Source: a virus. From it: 64,000 nucleotides of DNA. The first letter of the stretch is position 1. Each line of letters begins with the position of its first letter. The notes beneath the pieces are model-generated. The model was not told the origin of the DNA and did not search any database. It worked only from the letters and a program-made list of their open reading frames with translations. The stretch lies in the IMG/VR virus record IMGVR_UViG_3300037883_000122, positions 1 to 64,000 of that record; one strand, 5' to 3'. Shown here one piece after another: positions 39,116 to 49,196 of the stretch. Made by a program: the position numbers and the translations under genes.

Positions 39116-40396
39116 TTACGAGGCCGTGTTCCACGGATTGAAGCCCGACGGAATAGCATTGACCCACGCGGTAGCACCAGCGTTGATTGTCAACTCATCG
39201 GTGACCGCATCCAGCGAGACGCCCAGATAGACTGCTTGTGCTACGCCTGCAGCGACGGCCAGCAACGACAGCGTAATGCCGCCTACACCCGTTGCCGGAT
39301 TCTGGTTGGCTACCACATCCCCGTTCCATTGCTGGGTGACAGGATTGTAGAACCAAGCCAGCTTCGCATTCAGATCGATCGCGACCCCAACGGTCTGGCC
39401 TGCTGCCGGTGAGACACCCAGGTCCTGTGCAATCGCACCGTTGTAGCGTACCCCCGCATCCGCCCCACTAGGCAAGGCTTGGATCGAGATGCCATTGGTG
39501 TCACCACCCAACTCACTGGAGGTAAGTTGATTGGCGTTGCAGACACCGAAAGCGACCGAACCAACCAGCGTGTTGATGGTGGCTTCTGCATAGTACTTAC
39601 CTGAGGTGTGCTCCACCGTACCACGAACCGATTCCCAACCTGCTGCCGTACTGGTGGCCGTGAGGTTAGCGTTCGACAGCGTGATGCCTGCCGGAACCAA
39701 GCTGGCGTCCAGTTGATCCGTCGGATTGGCCGGAGGCGTGGTACCGCTCAGCTTGTCGATATTGTCCTGCACGAACTGCTCGAGCGTTGCGTAGGCTTGC
39801 TGCACACTTTGCAATTGCTTGGTGAGCGCAATGACCTGTGCTTCGGGTGTCACCGTATTGGTGATATTCGCCTTACGGGCCGCCTCAGCAAGATTGTGAT
39901 CCGACTGAGACACATTCGTCGTCGGGGACACAATCACCGTCGTGATCGCCACTTGCGTGAGACCAACCGTCGTCTTCACGAGGTTAGCCAGCTGCTGTTT
40001 CAGGAACGTGAGGTCCACGTACTCGGGCAACACCCCGATGTCGATCGCCAGCATCAGTGCCTGATACGGGATACCGCCTGAAGCCGGAAAGCTGGCAATG
40101 AAGGTGGTCGGTACATAGACCACCGCGCCAGAGCTTGACTGCAGCGTGACGATACAGACACCCGCACCCAGGTCAGCTGTGTACTGATCTTTGAGCGAGC
40201 CCGCGTTCTGGCCTTCTTGCGGCACGTAGTACAGGGAGTAAGGATCACCCCCTGCTGCGATAATGCCCTGCAACTGACGGACTTCCAAACACTTGTACGA
40301 CGCGGTCGCGGAGATCAACGCATCGTACGGTGCTGTCAGGCTCCAGACACCGGTGGTACCGACATCTGGAACCAGGCTAGTTGTAATAACAGCCAT
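39116..40396 (-). CDS. Putative virion protein with C-terminal SPRY/B30.2-like domain
   Basis: ITLSNANLTA, SVRGT..TSGKYYAE and GQTVGVAIDLNAKLAWF follow the SPRY pattern. Confidence 0.65.
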   Translation of the reverse strand: MAVITTSLVPDVGTTGVWSLTAPYDALISATASYKCLEVRQLQGIIAAGGDPYSLYYVPQEGQNAGSLKDQYTADLGAGVCIVTLQSSSGAVVYVPTTFIASFPASGGIPYQALMLAIDIGVLPEYVDLTFLKQQLANLVKTTVGLTQVAITTVIVSPTTNVSQSDHNLAEAARKANITNTVTPEAQVIALTKQLQSVQQAYATLEQFVQDNIDKLSGTTPPANPTDQLDASLVPAGITLSNANLTATSTAAGWESVRGTVEHTSGKYYAEATINTLVGSVAFGVCNANQLTSSELGGDTNGISIQALPSGADAGVRYNGAIAQDLGVSPAAGQTVGVAIDLNAKLAWFYNPVTQQWNGDVVANQNPATGVGGITLSLLAVAAGVAQAVYLGVSLDAVTDELTINAGATAWVNAIPSGFNPWNTAS

Positions 40397-40408
40397 GAGG
40401 TGCTCCTA

Positions 40409-41722
40409 TTACGACCCGAACTGCGTGTTCGACTTGGCAGCGACCAGGTAGTCGATCGTGTTGTAGTTGTAGACGATGTACAGGATGCCATTACGCAGGA
40501 GCTTGGTGTAGCCCAACGGAATGCTCGAGTACTGTGTCATCGTCTCAGCCACCTGGATCATCACAGCCAGCGCTTGCAAGAACGTCTGCGTAGCCTGACT
40601 CATGCGGGCGAAGTCCGTCGAGGTCGACGACACGGCGATCAAATCCGGGAAGATCTGTTGCAGTTCAAACAGGTTGTTGCGGTTCTGATCCGAGCAGATC
40701 ACACCAATTTGCAACGACTTATACGGGTGAGCCATCACCGTGCCGTGAGCATTGATATGAGCAGAAGGATAACTAGCGAACTGGGGAAGCAGCGCAAGCG
40801 TTGCCGACAGGTTCGCAATGGGGCTGTATACCGCCGACGCATCGCTGGAGCCACTAGCCCGGCCCGCAATGGCGACGTTCTGCCACAAAGGGACCATCGT
40901 GACCTCCGAACGCTTGAAGATGTCCGGGAAGATCGCGACCCACTCATCACGGGTGTGCGAGCTGTTGGCCAGAATGTAGGCTTCCAGCGCGTCACTGATC
41001 GAGTCGACGTTATCGCCCGCCATCCCGTAGAGGATGATGGTCCAGTTCGTCGGGATCAGATTAGCAGCATTGTTCGGATCGTTCCAGTCGTACACCATCG
41101 TGATGATGTCCGACTCGGGATGACCTGCCTTGGCCGTGTTGACGTTCACCATCAACTGCGGCACCGTCACAGCGTTGACTTCAGCGAGCACCGACGAAGC
41201 AGCCTTAAAGAAATCGTCGAGCGGGGTAATCGGCGGCACGATGACGATCGTGAACTCGTCGTACTGGGACTGGAAACTGCCATCTGCCAACCAGATGCGG
41301 ATGAAGGAACCCGGCGTGGCGAGATCCGTCCAGCTCACCCATTCGGGCACCCAGTGTGTCCCGTCAGTCACCATGGCGCCCGACTGGAACGTGTTGGCAA
41401 TCGTCTGGAACTGGGTCAGTGCACCAGCAAGCAACTGATCCGCGTACAGCTGGCCAGCGTTTTGCAGGGTCTGGTTGTAGAACCAGGCACAGATCTTCAG
41501 TACACGAGTCGCTAGATCGGAATCGACCACTTGGGCCGTTCCATCCGTGGCGCTCAAAAATGAGAGCAGCGTCAGATTCGGCGCGTTGGTTTGGTCAACG
41601 TATTCCCCGACGTCCTGGGAGTACGTGCGCGAGATCGTCGAGATTTCACCAATCGCATTGGTGGTGCCCGGCGTATTGTTTGCGAACAGGCCATGCGTCG
41701 CAAAACCTTTCAGAGTGTACAT
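40409..41722 (-). CDS. Putative virion structural protein
   Basis: MY.LKGF, IGEIS, IWLAD..F..QYDEF and W..IFPDIFK motifs of a conserved phiKZ-like virion family. Confidence 0.65.
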   Translation of the reverse strand: MYTLKGFATHGLFANNTPGTTNAIGEISTISRTYSQDVGEYVDQTNAPNLTLLSFLSATDGTAQVVDSDLATRVLKICAWFYNQTLQNAGQLYADQLLAGALTQFQTIANTFQSGAMVTDGTHWVPEWVSWTDLATPGSFIRIWLADGSFQSQYDEFTIVIVPPITPLDDFFKAASSVLAEVNAVTVPQLMVNVNTAKAGHPESDIITMVYDWNDPNNAANLIPTNWTIILYGMAGDNVDSISDALEAYILANSSHTRDEWVAIFPDIFKRSEVTMVPLWQNVAIAGRASGSSDASAVYSPIANLSATLALLPQFASYPSAHINAHGTVMAHPYKSLQIGVICSDQNRNNLFELQQIFPDLIAVSSTSTDFARMSQATQTFLQALAVMIQVAETMTQYSSIPLGYTKLLRNGILYIVYNYNTIDYLVAAKSNTQFGS

Positions 41723-41826
41723 CGAGGTCTCTCCAGCAAATCACAGGTCGTTGACACAGTGCGTGACAATGTGTCGGAAATCGATTAGAATAAAACTAAG
41801 CATAAAATGAAGCAATAGGGGTTATC

Positions 41827-42264
41827 ATGCTGGCATGGAAAACTGTTACCCTCTTGTGGCCGTTTCTAAAGGAGCTTTTTCTGGGGAAGAAGACGCTCCG
41901 GGAAGCCCTCAAGACAAACAAAGGGCGAGTCTTTGTGATCCTTGGGATCATTGGCTCGGTGATCTTGAACGTTTGGCTGGTCCCCAACATTGTCCGCATC
42001 TCCGCAGACTACGTAGACCTGAAGCACAGATACGATGACTTGAAGAAGTCTGACGATACTAAGCAGCCTGCGCCGCCAACGCCTCCGACCAAGGTGAAGA
42101 CGGACATCGCCGCTGCCAAAGTTACTGACTCACTGCCCGCTGGCTATCGCTCTCCGGCAAGTGCGCCGGAAGTTCCCACGGCGACGGTGCAGCAGTGGTC
42201 CAGTTACGACGACACGCTGTCGCGGTTTAGTGCGATTGCTCAGCGTGAGCGGCATCAACGGTAG
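41827..42264 (+). CDS. Single-pass membrane protein
   Basis: TM segment VFVILGIIGSVILNVWLV followed by a short coiled coil and Pro-rich linker. Confidence 0.65.
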   Translation: MLAWKTVTLLWPFLKELFLGKKTLREALKTNKGRVFVILGIIGSVILNVWLVPNIVRISADYVDLKHRYDDLKKSDDTKQPAPPTPPTKVKTDIAAAKVTDSLPAGYRSPASAPEVPTATVQQWSSYDDTLSRFSAIAQRERHQR

Positions 42265-42274
42265 GTAGAAGAAC

Positions 42275-42730
42275 ATGAGATTTCTCAAATACGCTGTAGT
42301 GCTGGCCATCGGCCTTACGGGGTGCAATAGCTTTAACACGTACGATCAGGCCGCTCAACACCAGGGGCAGGTGAAGAGCACTAAGGATGACAAGGGCTTC
42401 TGGAATAAGATCTTCGGCAGCGATGAGGCTGCCAGCGATCCGACCGTGGTCGAAACTGTCAACCCCAACCCCCTGGTCGCTACACGGGATGAGCGGGGGC
42501 AAACGCTGTGTCCGACGGCTAAGCTGGCAGCAGTCCCTGGGCTGCCGCCTTTGCCAGACGATCAGCTGAAGCAACTCAGCCCGAAAGACAAGGATGCGAT
42601 CATCGCACTGCTGACCAATCACATCGACGAGCTGCGTTCTTACGCCAGCAAAATCCGTGATCAGAAGAACGGTGAACGTGCCCGCTACATGGCTGATTGC
42701 CGCCGCTGGATCATGCAGCATCAGCAGTAA
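42275..42730 (+). CDS. Lipoprotein
   Basis: Lipobox LTG|C, Pro-rich segment, helical C-terminus. Confidence 0.7.
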   Translation: MRFLKYAVVLAIGLTGCNSFNTYDQAAQHQGQVKSTKDDKGFWNKIFGSDEAASDPTVVETVNPNPLVATRDERGQTLCPTAKLAAVPGLPPLPDDQLKQLSPKDKDAIIALLTNHIDELRSYASKIRDQKNGERARYMADCRRWIMQHQQ

Positions 42731-42787
42731 AAAAATGCTTTTTTGACGGGGTAGGGTCATGTTCTGCGACAGACCCGCCCCTTAAAC

Positions 42788-44932
42788 ATGACGACTTCTA
42801 CCATTCAAGATTGGCTTCAATCCAATCTATCGCTTTATGTCCATGGGGATTTACGCAAGCGTATTCCTTTGCCGGGTGTGTATGCGATTTATTTCCCTTT
42901 GACTGATGAAGTCTTCTTCGGGCAGACCAAGCACCTGTACCGAGGTCGTCTTAAACACCTACGTGCTTTGAAACGGGGTGTAGCCGAAAACAAGGGTTTG
43001 CAACGAGCATTTAAGGAAGGTAAGCGAGCCTTTGATTTCTACTACATCAACCTCCCTCAGCAGGTCTCGAAGGAGGTAGCGCAGGACTACATTGGCCTGC
43101 ACCACGATCAACCTTACCTACTGAATGAGGCGAGGGCCGAACGGACTCACAAAGTACATTCTACTGCGCTGGCGGATAGTCTGACGAGTCCGAACAAGTC
43201 TGATTCGGTAAGATTAGAAAAGAAAGGATTACAGCGTATGGCTAGTATCGTTACAGCACAACCGGAAGTTATTCCGGTGATCATCCCCGCGGTCTCAGAC
43301 GAAGAAGCCCCCACGGCTAAAGTCATCAAACAGACACAGATGCTCACGGATGCGCCGTTGGGTGTCGTGTACCACACGGATGGTGGTGCGCGTCCCAATC
43401 CGGGTCCTGGAGGCTGGGGCATCCACGGCTATCTGTACCGTGCCGTGAAACCGAAGAAGGGTTCGGGTAATCCGGACCATGTGTTGACCGTCGACGGGTA
43501 TCACGCCAAGGCGGATTACAACAAGCAGAAGGAACTCGACTGGGGTCCGGAAGATTTCCAATACTGGCTCGACAATCCGTTGGGTCGCAAGAAGTATCTG
43601 GAAGTCATGCCGGTCAACTACGTGGATGGTTACGGCTGGTTTGCCGAACCGGTCACGAACAACATCGCGGAACTGGTCGCTGCGACTGCAGCACTGGAAC
43701 ACGCGGCGCAGTTCGACGTAAAGGTGGTCCAGATTCGAGCGGACAGCCAATACGTCTGCAAGGGCTTGGCTGAGTATGTCCCGGCTTGGATTCGTAACAA
43801 CTGGATCAAGGTCGATGGCTTTCCGGTCAAGAACAGCGAGTACTGGAAGAAGCTGGTAAGTGCTCGTGATGTGCTGGTGAATCGGGGCGTGGTAGTTCGT
43901 GTCGACTGGATCAAAGGTCACAATGACCATCTCGGCAACGAGTTGGCCGATCAGGCAGCAACGATCGGTGTGATGAAGGCCCAGCAGTTGCTCTTTGGTA
44001 AGCCGTGGCAGTTCAATCCCGATGGTCCCGCAGTCGTGGCCTATTCGGATCTCACCACGGACGAAGCCGAGGGCTATTGGAAGTACGACACGGAGAAACA
44101 TCCGTTCATTTCCATGCCGCGGATGTATTTCAACACCTGTGAGGAGTATTGTCTTCCGGGTGTGTACTATCTCGGCAATGGCAAGGAAGAAGAACATCCG
44201 GGTAAGCGAATCTCTGACGGTGCATTCGCTGTGATTAAACTCGCGGAACCGGACAGAGTGCTCGAACTGGTTCGCCGGTATCAGAGCAAACTGGCCGATA
44301 ACGTTATGGCTCTCGCCCAAGCGCGTCTGGACTTTATCTATCGTCCGGACATCCACAAGAAGCTGATCGATCATGGTCCGCTCGTGATGGTTCAAAACGA
44401 CCCGTCGCGACTGGATACCTACGATCTACACAGCCTCGACAAGGACAAGCAGAAGGAGCCGATCACTCGTGAGTTGAGACCGCCGCACTTGGCCATGCGC
44501 GCGGTAGAGAACGTTGAGCTGCTCACACAGAAGCTCAATCAGTATCTGTCGAAGGACCCGGACGTCGTTGTCACGGATCTCACTGACATACTTTATGAGA
44601 AGAGTCAAAAAGTCGTCAAGAAAGAGACGGTCGACATCTGCACGCTAAATCCGAAATACAACGTCGGGTTTGCGGCACTCGAAGTCAATGCCAATTATAA
44701 GACGGACGAGGGTATTTCGTCTGCGCCAGTGATCCTGACACTTGGCATTGACCTCATCGATCGGAACGCTCTGAAGCGGCTCGAGACGTCTCATCCGAAA
44801 GTCAGCCTTATCAGCTGGCTGGAGGCCCCGCACATTTTCCGTTACGCTTCGGTCATTGAGATCGACGGTTGTGTCGGTATCTGGGCGGGACTGTATTCCA
44901 ACGTGCGAATTGTGACACCGCAATCCCGCTAA
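42788..44932 (+). CDS. rnhA: Ribonuclease HI (phiKZ gp155-like) with in-frame N-terminal GIY-YIG-like extension; likely main start 43238
   Basis: TDGGARPNPGPGGWG, TNNIAEL, ADSQYV, WIKGH and GNELAD motifs; AAAGGA RBS before ATG 43238. Confidence 0.88.
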   Translation: MTTSTIQDWLQSNLSLYVHGDLRKRIPLPGVYAIYFPLTDEVFFGQTKHLYRGRLKHLRALKRGVAENKGLQRAFKEGKRAFDFYYINLPQQVSKEVAQDYIGLHHDQPYLLNEARAERTHKVHSTALADSLTSPNKSDSVRLEKKGLQRMASIVTAQPEVIPVIIPAVSDEEAPTAKVIKQTQMLTDAPLGVVYHTDGGARPNPGPGGWGIHGYLYRAVKPKKGSGNPDHVLTVDGYHAKADYNKQKELDWGPEDFQYWLDNPLGRKKYLEVMPVNYVDGYGWFAEPVTNNIAELVAATAALEHAAQFDVKVVQIRADSQYVCKGLAEYVPAWIRNNWIKVDGFPVKNSEYWKKLVSARDVLVNRGVVVRVDWIKGHNDHLGNELADQAATIGVMKAQQLLFGKPWQFNPDGPAVVAYSDLTTDEAEGYWKYDTEKHPFISMPRMYFNTCEEYCLPGVYYLGNGKEEEHPGKRISDGAFAVIKLAEPDRVLELVRRYQSKLADNVMALAQARLDFIYRPDIHKKLIDHGPLVMVQNDPSRLDTYDLHSLDKDKQKEPITRELRPPHLAMRAVENVELLTQKLNQYLSKDPDVVVTDLTDILYEKSQKVVKKETVDICTLNPKYNVGFAALEVNANYKTDEGISSAPVILTLGIDLIDRNALKRLETSHPKVSLISWLEAPHIFRYASVIEIDGCVGIWAGLYSNVRIVTPQSR

Positions 44933-44988
44933 CCTATGAGGGCTGCATCTTTTTACCGTCAAGTGTAGCTCTATTGGAGTTCTGCCCT

Positions 44989-45402
44989 ATGCAACGGTTA
45001 ACTGCACGTCTGAAGTCCGGCGTCGCAAGTCTCCTGGAATCGTCACTGCCTGGTCGTACCAAGCGACTGATCCTGTTCACGTCGCTCGCGGCGCGGGCCA
45101 AGGAGACTCAAGACCTGGACGTCACGACACTTCGCAAGCTCAACAGTCTTATGGATCTGGCGGGCTCGGAGGATGCGATGAAGTGGCCAGCATCGCTTTC
45201 TCGCGCGATTTGGGACGGCAAGCGCTCGGTCGACGCCATTGAAATGCTTGGCAAGGGGGGTCCGCTCCCTGAAGCCACGATCAGAGATCTTGTCCAACAG
45301 ATCAAAGCCTGCATTCCTCGCTGTTTGCGTTACGGCCGAGAAGGTGATCTGGATGCAGATCTCGAGAAGTTCGTGCATCACAAGTCGGAAGTGCTGGGTT
45401 AA
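44989..45402 (+). CDS. Hypothetical protein
   Basis: GGAG RBS before ATG 44989, in frame with ORF 44869..45402. Confidence 0.6.
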   Translation: MQRLTARLKSGVASLLESSLPGRTKRLILFTSLAARAKETQDLDVTTLRKLNSLMDLAGSEDAMKWPASLSRAIWDGKRSVDAIEMLGKGGPLPEATIRDLVQQIKACIPRCLRYGREGDLDADLEKFVHHKSEVLG

Positions 45403-45420
45403 TCCTGGCATCGCGAAGAA

Positions 45421-45476
45421 GGTCATAACCCACTAGCCCGCCCGAACGATTGGGAGAGCTAGTGGGTTTATGCCGT
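45421..45476. terminator. Bidirectional hairpin with CATA/TATG feet
   Basis: GGTCATAACCCACTAGC...GCTAGTGGGTTTATGCCGT. Confidence 0.75.
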
Positions 45477-46300
45477 TACTTCAGGATCTCGGTGATCTTG
45501 TCGACACTGGCGTTCACTGCCGTAGCGTAGGCGAGTACACGGTAGTAGATGACGGAGAAGAACTCGAGCTCGCTGGCGATCTGGAACGCACCTTCGGCGA
45601 GTTCCTGGGCGACTTCGGGTGCGCTCGATTCCAGCTTGCCATCCTTGAGCAGGCTGATGACCTTGTCCATCAACTGACCGGCTTCCTTGACCTTGTGGTT
45701 CAGGGCCGTACGGTCAACGGAGTTCATCTGCTTGGACAGTGCGTCGACTTCGCCGAAGACGATTTCCCAGTCCTTGTTGCGCGAGACGACGTCGCCGTAC
45801 TTGCGCTTGGTCTCGTGGCTGCCAGGTTTGAAGAGCGCGCCCATTTCCTTCAGGATCTGGTCACGTTCCGTTTGCATGCCCTGGTACACCTGGACGCTGT
45901 TCTTCGTCTCGAAGCGCTGGAACTCATTGGTGATGAGCATGGCCAGATACGTGGTGTACGTATTCAGGAGGTCGCGCACCTTCAGCGCATGGTCAGCGGC
46001 TTGATGCAGCACGTTGCCGAGTACGACGAAGTCAGCGTCGAAGCCTTCGGGCACCACCACGGCGAGCGGGCTGATGTCGACGAAGTTGTGTTTCTCGACA
46101 AGCTTGATGAAGTTGCGTTGATCGCGCGAGAGCGGGATCGGTTTGTCGTTGGCCGAGAAGCGCGCCACGAAGTTGCTGAAATGCGATTTGATGTCCGGCA
46201 TGACCTTCTTGAGCATGCTGGTGACATCGAGAGTCTGGACGCTGAAAGTCTCCAGCGCCACGACGTCACGATGGTGACGCAGAGTTTGAAGCGAGTCCAT
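45476..46300 (-). CDS. Internal head protein (phiKZ gp153-like by position)
   Basis: N-terminal VALE protease site, V.VPEGF motif; divergent from uvsX. Confidence 0.6.
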   Translation of the reverse strand: MDSLQTLRHHRDVVALETFSVQTLDVTSMLKKVMPDIKSHFSNFVARFSANDKPIPLSRDQRNFIKLVEKHNFVDISPLAVVVPEGFDADFVVLGNVLHQAADHALKVRDLLNTYTTYLAMLITNEFQRFETKNSVQVYQGMQTERDQILKEMGALFKPGSHETKRKYGDVVSRNKDWEIVFGEVDALSKQMNSVDRTALNHKVKEAGQLMDKVISLLKDGKLESSAPEVAQELAEGAFQIASELEFFSVIYYRVLAYATAVNASVDKITEILK

Positions 46301-46436
46301 AGGTGTCCTTCAGTGTGAAAGAGAACGTGTTTGCCATAACATGCGCGCACGACTTACGCGAGAGTAGTAAATTTCACCGTCAAACGCCATCATTTGTAAG
46401 GCTCTGTTTCCCGTCTCTCTAACAAAAGTCAACGCA

Positions 46437-47867
46437 ATGGAATTTCTCCAACCTAAAATTACTGCTGCGCCGCCGGTCAAGCTGATGATCAACATCGGGG
46501 CGTTGATGGACATCCCGACCGGGACGTATATCGAAGGCCGTCGGGGTGAGCACATCCTGAATGGCGGTCTGGCAACGCTCACGGGGGTCGTGGGTATCGG
46601 TAACAACTTCAAGTCGACGGTGATGCACTACCAGATGCTCACGGCGATGTCACGCTTCGAACGGGGTTCGGCCAGCACGTACGACACCGAAGTCAACATT
46701 CAGGAATGGCACTTGGCGGAAATGATCCGTCGCGTCGAAGGCCTGCACGAAGAAGACGTGCTGCAAACCGGTCGCTGGATTATCACCGACAAGACGATGC
46801 ACACCGGCGATGACTGGTACGCCAAGCAACGCGAGTTCCTGGAAGACAAAGCCAAGAACGCCGCGAAGTGGTCGGTCGATACGCCGTTCTGGAATCGCGA
46901 TCGTTCGGGACCACTCAAGATGATCATCCCGACGTTCAACGAGATCGACTCCTTCACGGAATTCGAAACCTCGGACGTGATGGACATGCAGGACAAGAAC
47001 GATCTGGGCGAGTCGGGTGGTAACACCATCCACATGCGTCAAGGTCTGGCCAAGCTGCGCCTGCTGATGGAAGCACCGCGCTTGAATGGCCAAGCGAACA
47101 ACTACTCGCTGATGACGGCGCACATCGGCAAGGAATCGACGATGCAGAATGCGGGCCCAGCAGGCTCGGTTCCGATCGTCAAGCTCAAGCACTTGAAGAA
47201 CGGCGACAAGATCAAGGGCACCACCGACAAGTTCACCTTCATCACGCACAACTGCTGGCATGCGTACAACGCCAGTCCGTTGATCGCCGCAGACAAGAAC
47301 GGTCCGGAATACCCGCGTGACTCGGACGACAAGATGAAGCTCGACACGGACTTGAACACGGTCCAGTTGCGCAACCTGCGTTCGAAGTCGGGTCCCTCTG
47401 GCATGGCGATCACCCTGATCGTCTCGCAGACCGAAGGCGTGTTGCCGTCATTGACCGAATTCCATCACATCCGTGAACAGGACTACTACGGTCTGGTCGG
47501 CAGCAAGATCAACTACGCACTCGCTATCTACCCGGACGTCAAGCTGGGTCGGACCACGGTACGTTCGAAGATCGACGAAGATCCGAAGCTGCGTCGTGCG
47601 TTGAACATCACATCGGAACTGTGCCAGATGTCGTACATGTGGCATCACCTCGACGACCTGATGTGCACGCCGGAAGAACTATACAACGACCTGAAGGCGA
47701 AGGGTTACGACTGGGACACGCTGCTCAATACGCGCGGCTGGTGGACCACGGATGAAAACCATCCGCTGCCGTTCCTCTCGACCATGGATCTCTTGCGCAT
47801 GCGCAAGGGTCTGTACCATCCGTACTGGTACCCGGTCGCCGTAGATGCACTGAAGGCTGCTGCGTAA
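46437..47867 (+). CDS. uvsX: UvsX/RecA-like recombinase (phiKZ gp152-like)
   Basis: INIGALMDIPTG, Walker A GIGNNFKS, YDTE, EIDS, TAH and RSKSGPSG motifs. Confidence 0.85.
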   Translation: MEFLQPKITAAPPVKLMINIGALMDIPTGTYIEGRRGEHILNGGLATLTGVVGIGNNFKSTVMHYQMLTAMSRFERGSASTYDTEVNIQEWHLAEMIRRVEGLHEEDVLQTGRWIITDKTMHTGDDWYAKQREFLEDKAKNAAKWSVDTPFWNRDRSGPLKMIIPTFNEIDSFTEFETSDVMDMQDKNDLGESGGNTIHMRQGLAKLRLLMEAPRLNGQANNYSLMTAHIGKESTMQNAGPAGSVPIVKLKHLKNGDKIKGTTDKFTFITHNCWHAYNASPLIAADKNGPEYPRDSDDKMKLDTDLNTVQLRNLRSKSGPSGMAITLIVSQTEGVLPSLTEFHHIREQDYYGLVGSKINYALAIYPDVKLGRTTVRSKIDEDPKLRRALNITSELCQMSYMWHHLDDLMCTPEELYNDLKAKGYDWDTLLNTRGWWTTDENHPLPFLSTMDLLRMRKGLYHPYWYPVAVDALKAAA

Positions 47868-48034
47868 TGGCACGCCTGACGCGCTGGATCAAAGAAGCGC
47901 TTTGCAAGCACTCGAAACGCACGATGGTGAAGACCGATCTGGTTCTCGCTCAGCACGTGTGTGACGAGTGCGGCAAGCGGATCGTCGAACCTTACAATGG
48001 CTTCAAAGCCCTGGGTCAGTATGAGCGAAAATAA
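47867..48034 (+). CDS. Small zinc-ribbon-like protein (55 aa)
   Basis: Start overlaps the uvsX stop (TAATG); CKH...CDECG motif. Confidence 0.55.
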   Translation: MARLTRWIKEALCKHSKRTMVKTDLVLAQHVCDECGKRIVEPYNGFKALGQYERK

Positions 48035-48308
48035 GCAAGAAATTCCTGTGGTGTCGCCGGTCAAGTTCATGATCAATGACGTGGTCGAGCACATCAAGTC
48101 TGGCGGCATCTACGTGGTCGCTGGATTGCCGACGGAATACGTGATCGAGGCGACCCGTGAACCGGCCTACGCCTACCGCATGAAAGACGGTCGCGTCTGT
48201 ATTCGCTGTCAGAGCGAGTTCGAAGACGGCCGTTTCGAATATCGTGGCCGGGCCGACGGCTCGACCTATCCCAGAGAAATCATCCGCGGGATTCATCCCC
48301 GCGTGTAG
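48021..48308 (+). CDS. DUF1653-like small protein
   Basis: HIKSGGIYVV...EATREPAYAYR...R...EFEDGRF pattern. Confidence 0.55.
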   Translation: MSENKQEIPVVSPVKFMINDVVEHIKSGGIYVVAGLPTEYVIEATREPAYAYRMKDGRVCIRCQSEFEDGRFEYRGRADGSTYPREIIRGIHPRV

Positions 48309-48318
48309 GAGCACCAAC

Positions 48319-48687
48319 ATGAATACCGGCATTGCCCTGAATCCCGAACAAGCTGCACAAGAAGCACAAGCACCTGCAGCGCCCACGCTCGAAGCCAACC
48401 TGGTCGATTACGTTACCAACCGTCTGAGCGAGAGCGGTCACCCGAATCCGAGCTACTGGCAAGGCGGCCTGCATCCCGATGCGTTTACGACGCACGAGTT
48501 TGGCATTCACCGCTTTCTCGTGAACCGTCAACTGCGTCTGGTCCTGGGCAACCTCCAAGCCAACACGACCCAGGAGCGTTTCTGCCTGGTCGACGGCGGT
48601 ACGGCCGATGACTGGAAGCGCCTCTTCGAGGACAAGATCCTGCCGTGCCTGATCAAAAACGCACCCCAATCGGCTGCCGCGAACTAA
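48319..48687 (+). CDS. Hypothetical protein
   Basis: AGGAG RBS before ATG 48319; typical codon usage. Confidence 0.65.
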   Translation: MNTGIALNPEQAAQEAQAPAAPTLEANLVDYVTNRLSESGHPNPSYWQGGLHPDAFTTHEFGIHRFLVNRQLRLVLGNLQANTTQERFCLVDGGTADDWKRLFEDKILPCLIKNAPQSAAAN

Positions 48688-49196
48688 GGCATCCGCGACT
48701 GACGTACGACGGCAGTGCTGGATGGCAGATTAGTCGAGAGTCCTGCACCACTGACATCTACGATGCGATCATCATCGTAACCGGCAGCTGGAACTTTAAC
48801 GATTACGATTTGTTCTGTGATTGTTTAGAGCGACGGCTGCTCCGAGATGATCTCGTCGACCTGCCTCTGATTTGTTTTGTGTCCTGTAAGGCCAGCAAGG
48901 GCGCTGATGATATGATTATCCGCTGGTGCCAAGAGAACGGCTTCCCGTGGGCAGAGTTTCCTGCCGACCGGAATCAAGGCCGTAGCGCAGAGTTTGCGTG
49001 TAATGCTCAAACGGCACAAGTGGGAACCCATCTCATCGCCTACTGGGACGGAGTGTCACCTGTAACTCGCCATATGTTCAAGCTCTGTGAAAGTCAGGGC
49101 TTAGCTGTGAGCGTGAACCTGGTGGACCCGGACCTGGACTGGCAAGAAAGGACCACGACATCATGGCAGGCAACCGCAAGGCCGCAGAGGCTGTAA
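48688..49196 (+). pseudogene. Degenerate SLOG-family (YspA/DUF2493-like) gene
   Basis: VTGS, GAD, FPAD and AYWDG.S..T.HM are recognisable, but several conserved residues are substituted and there is no clear RBS or start. Confidence 0.55.
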
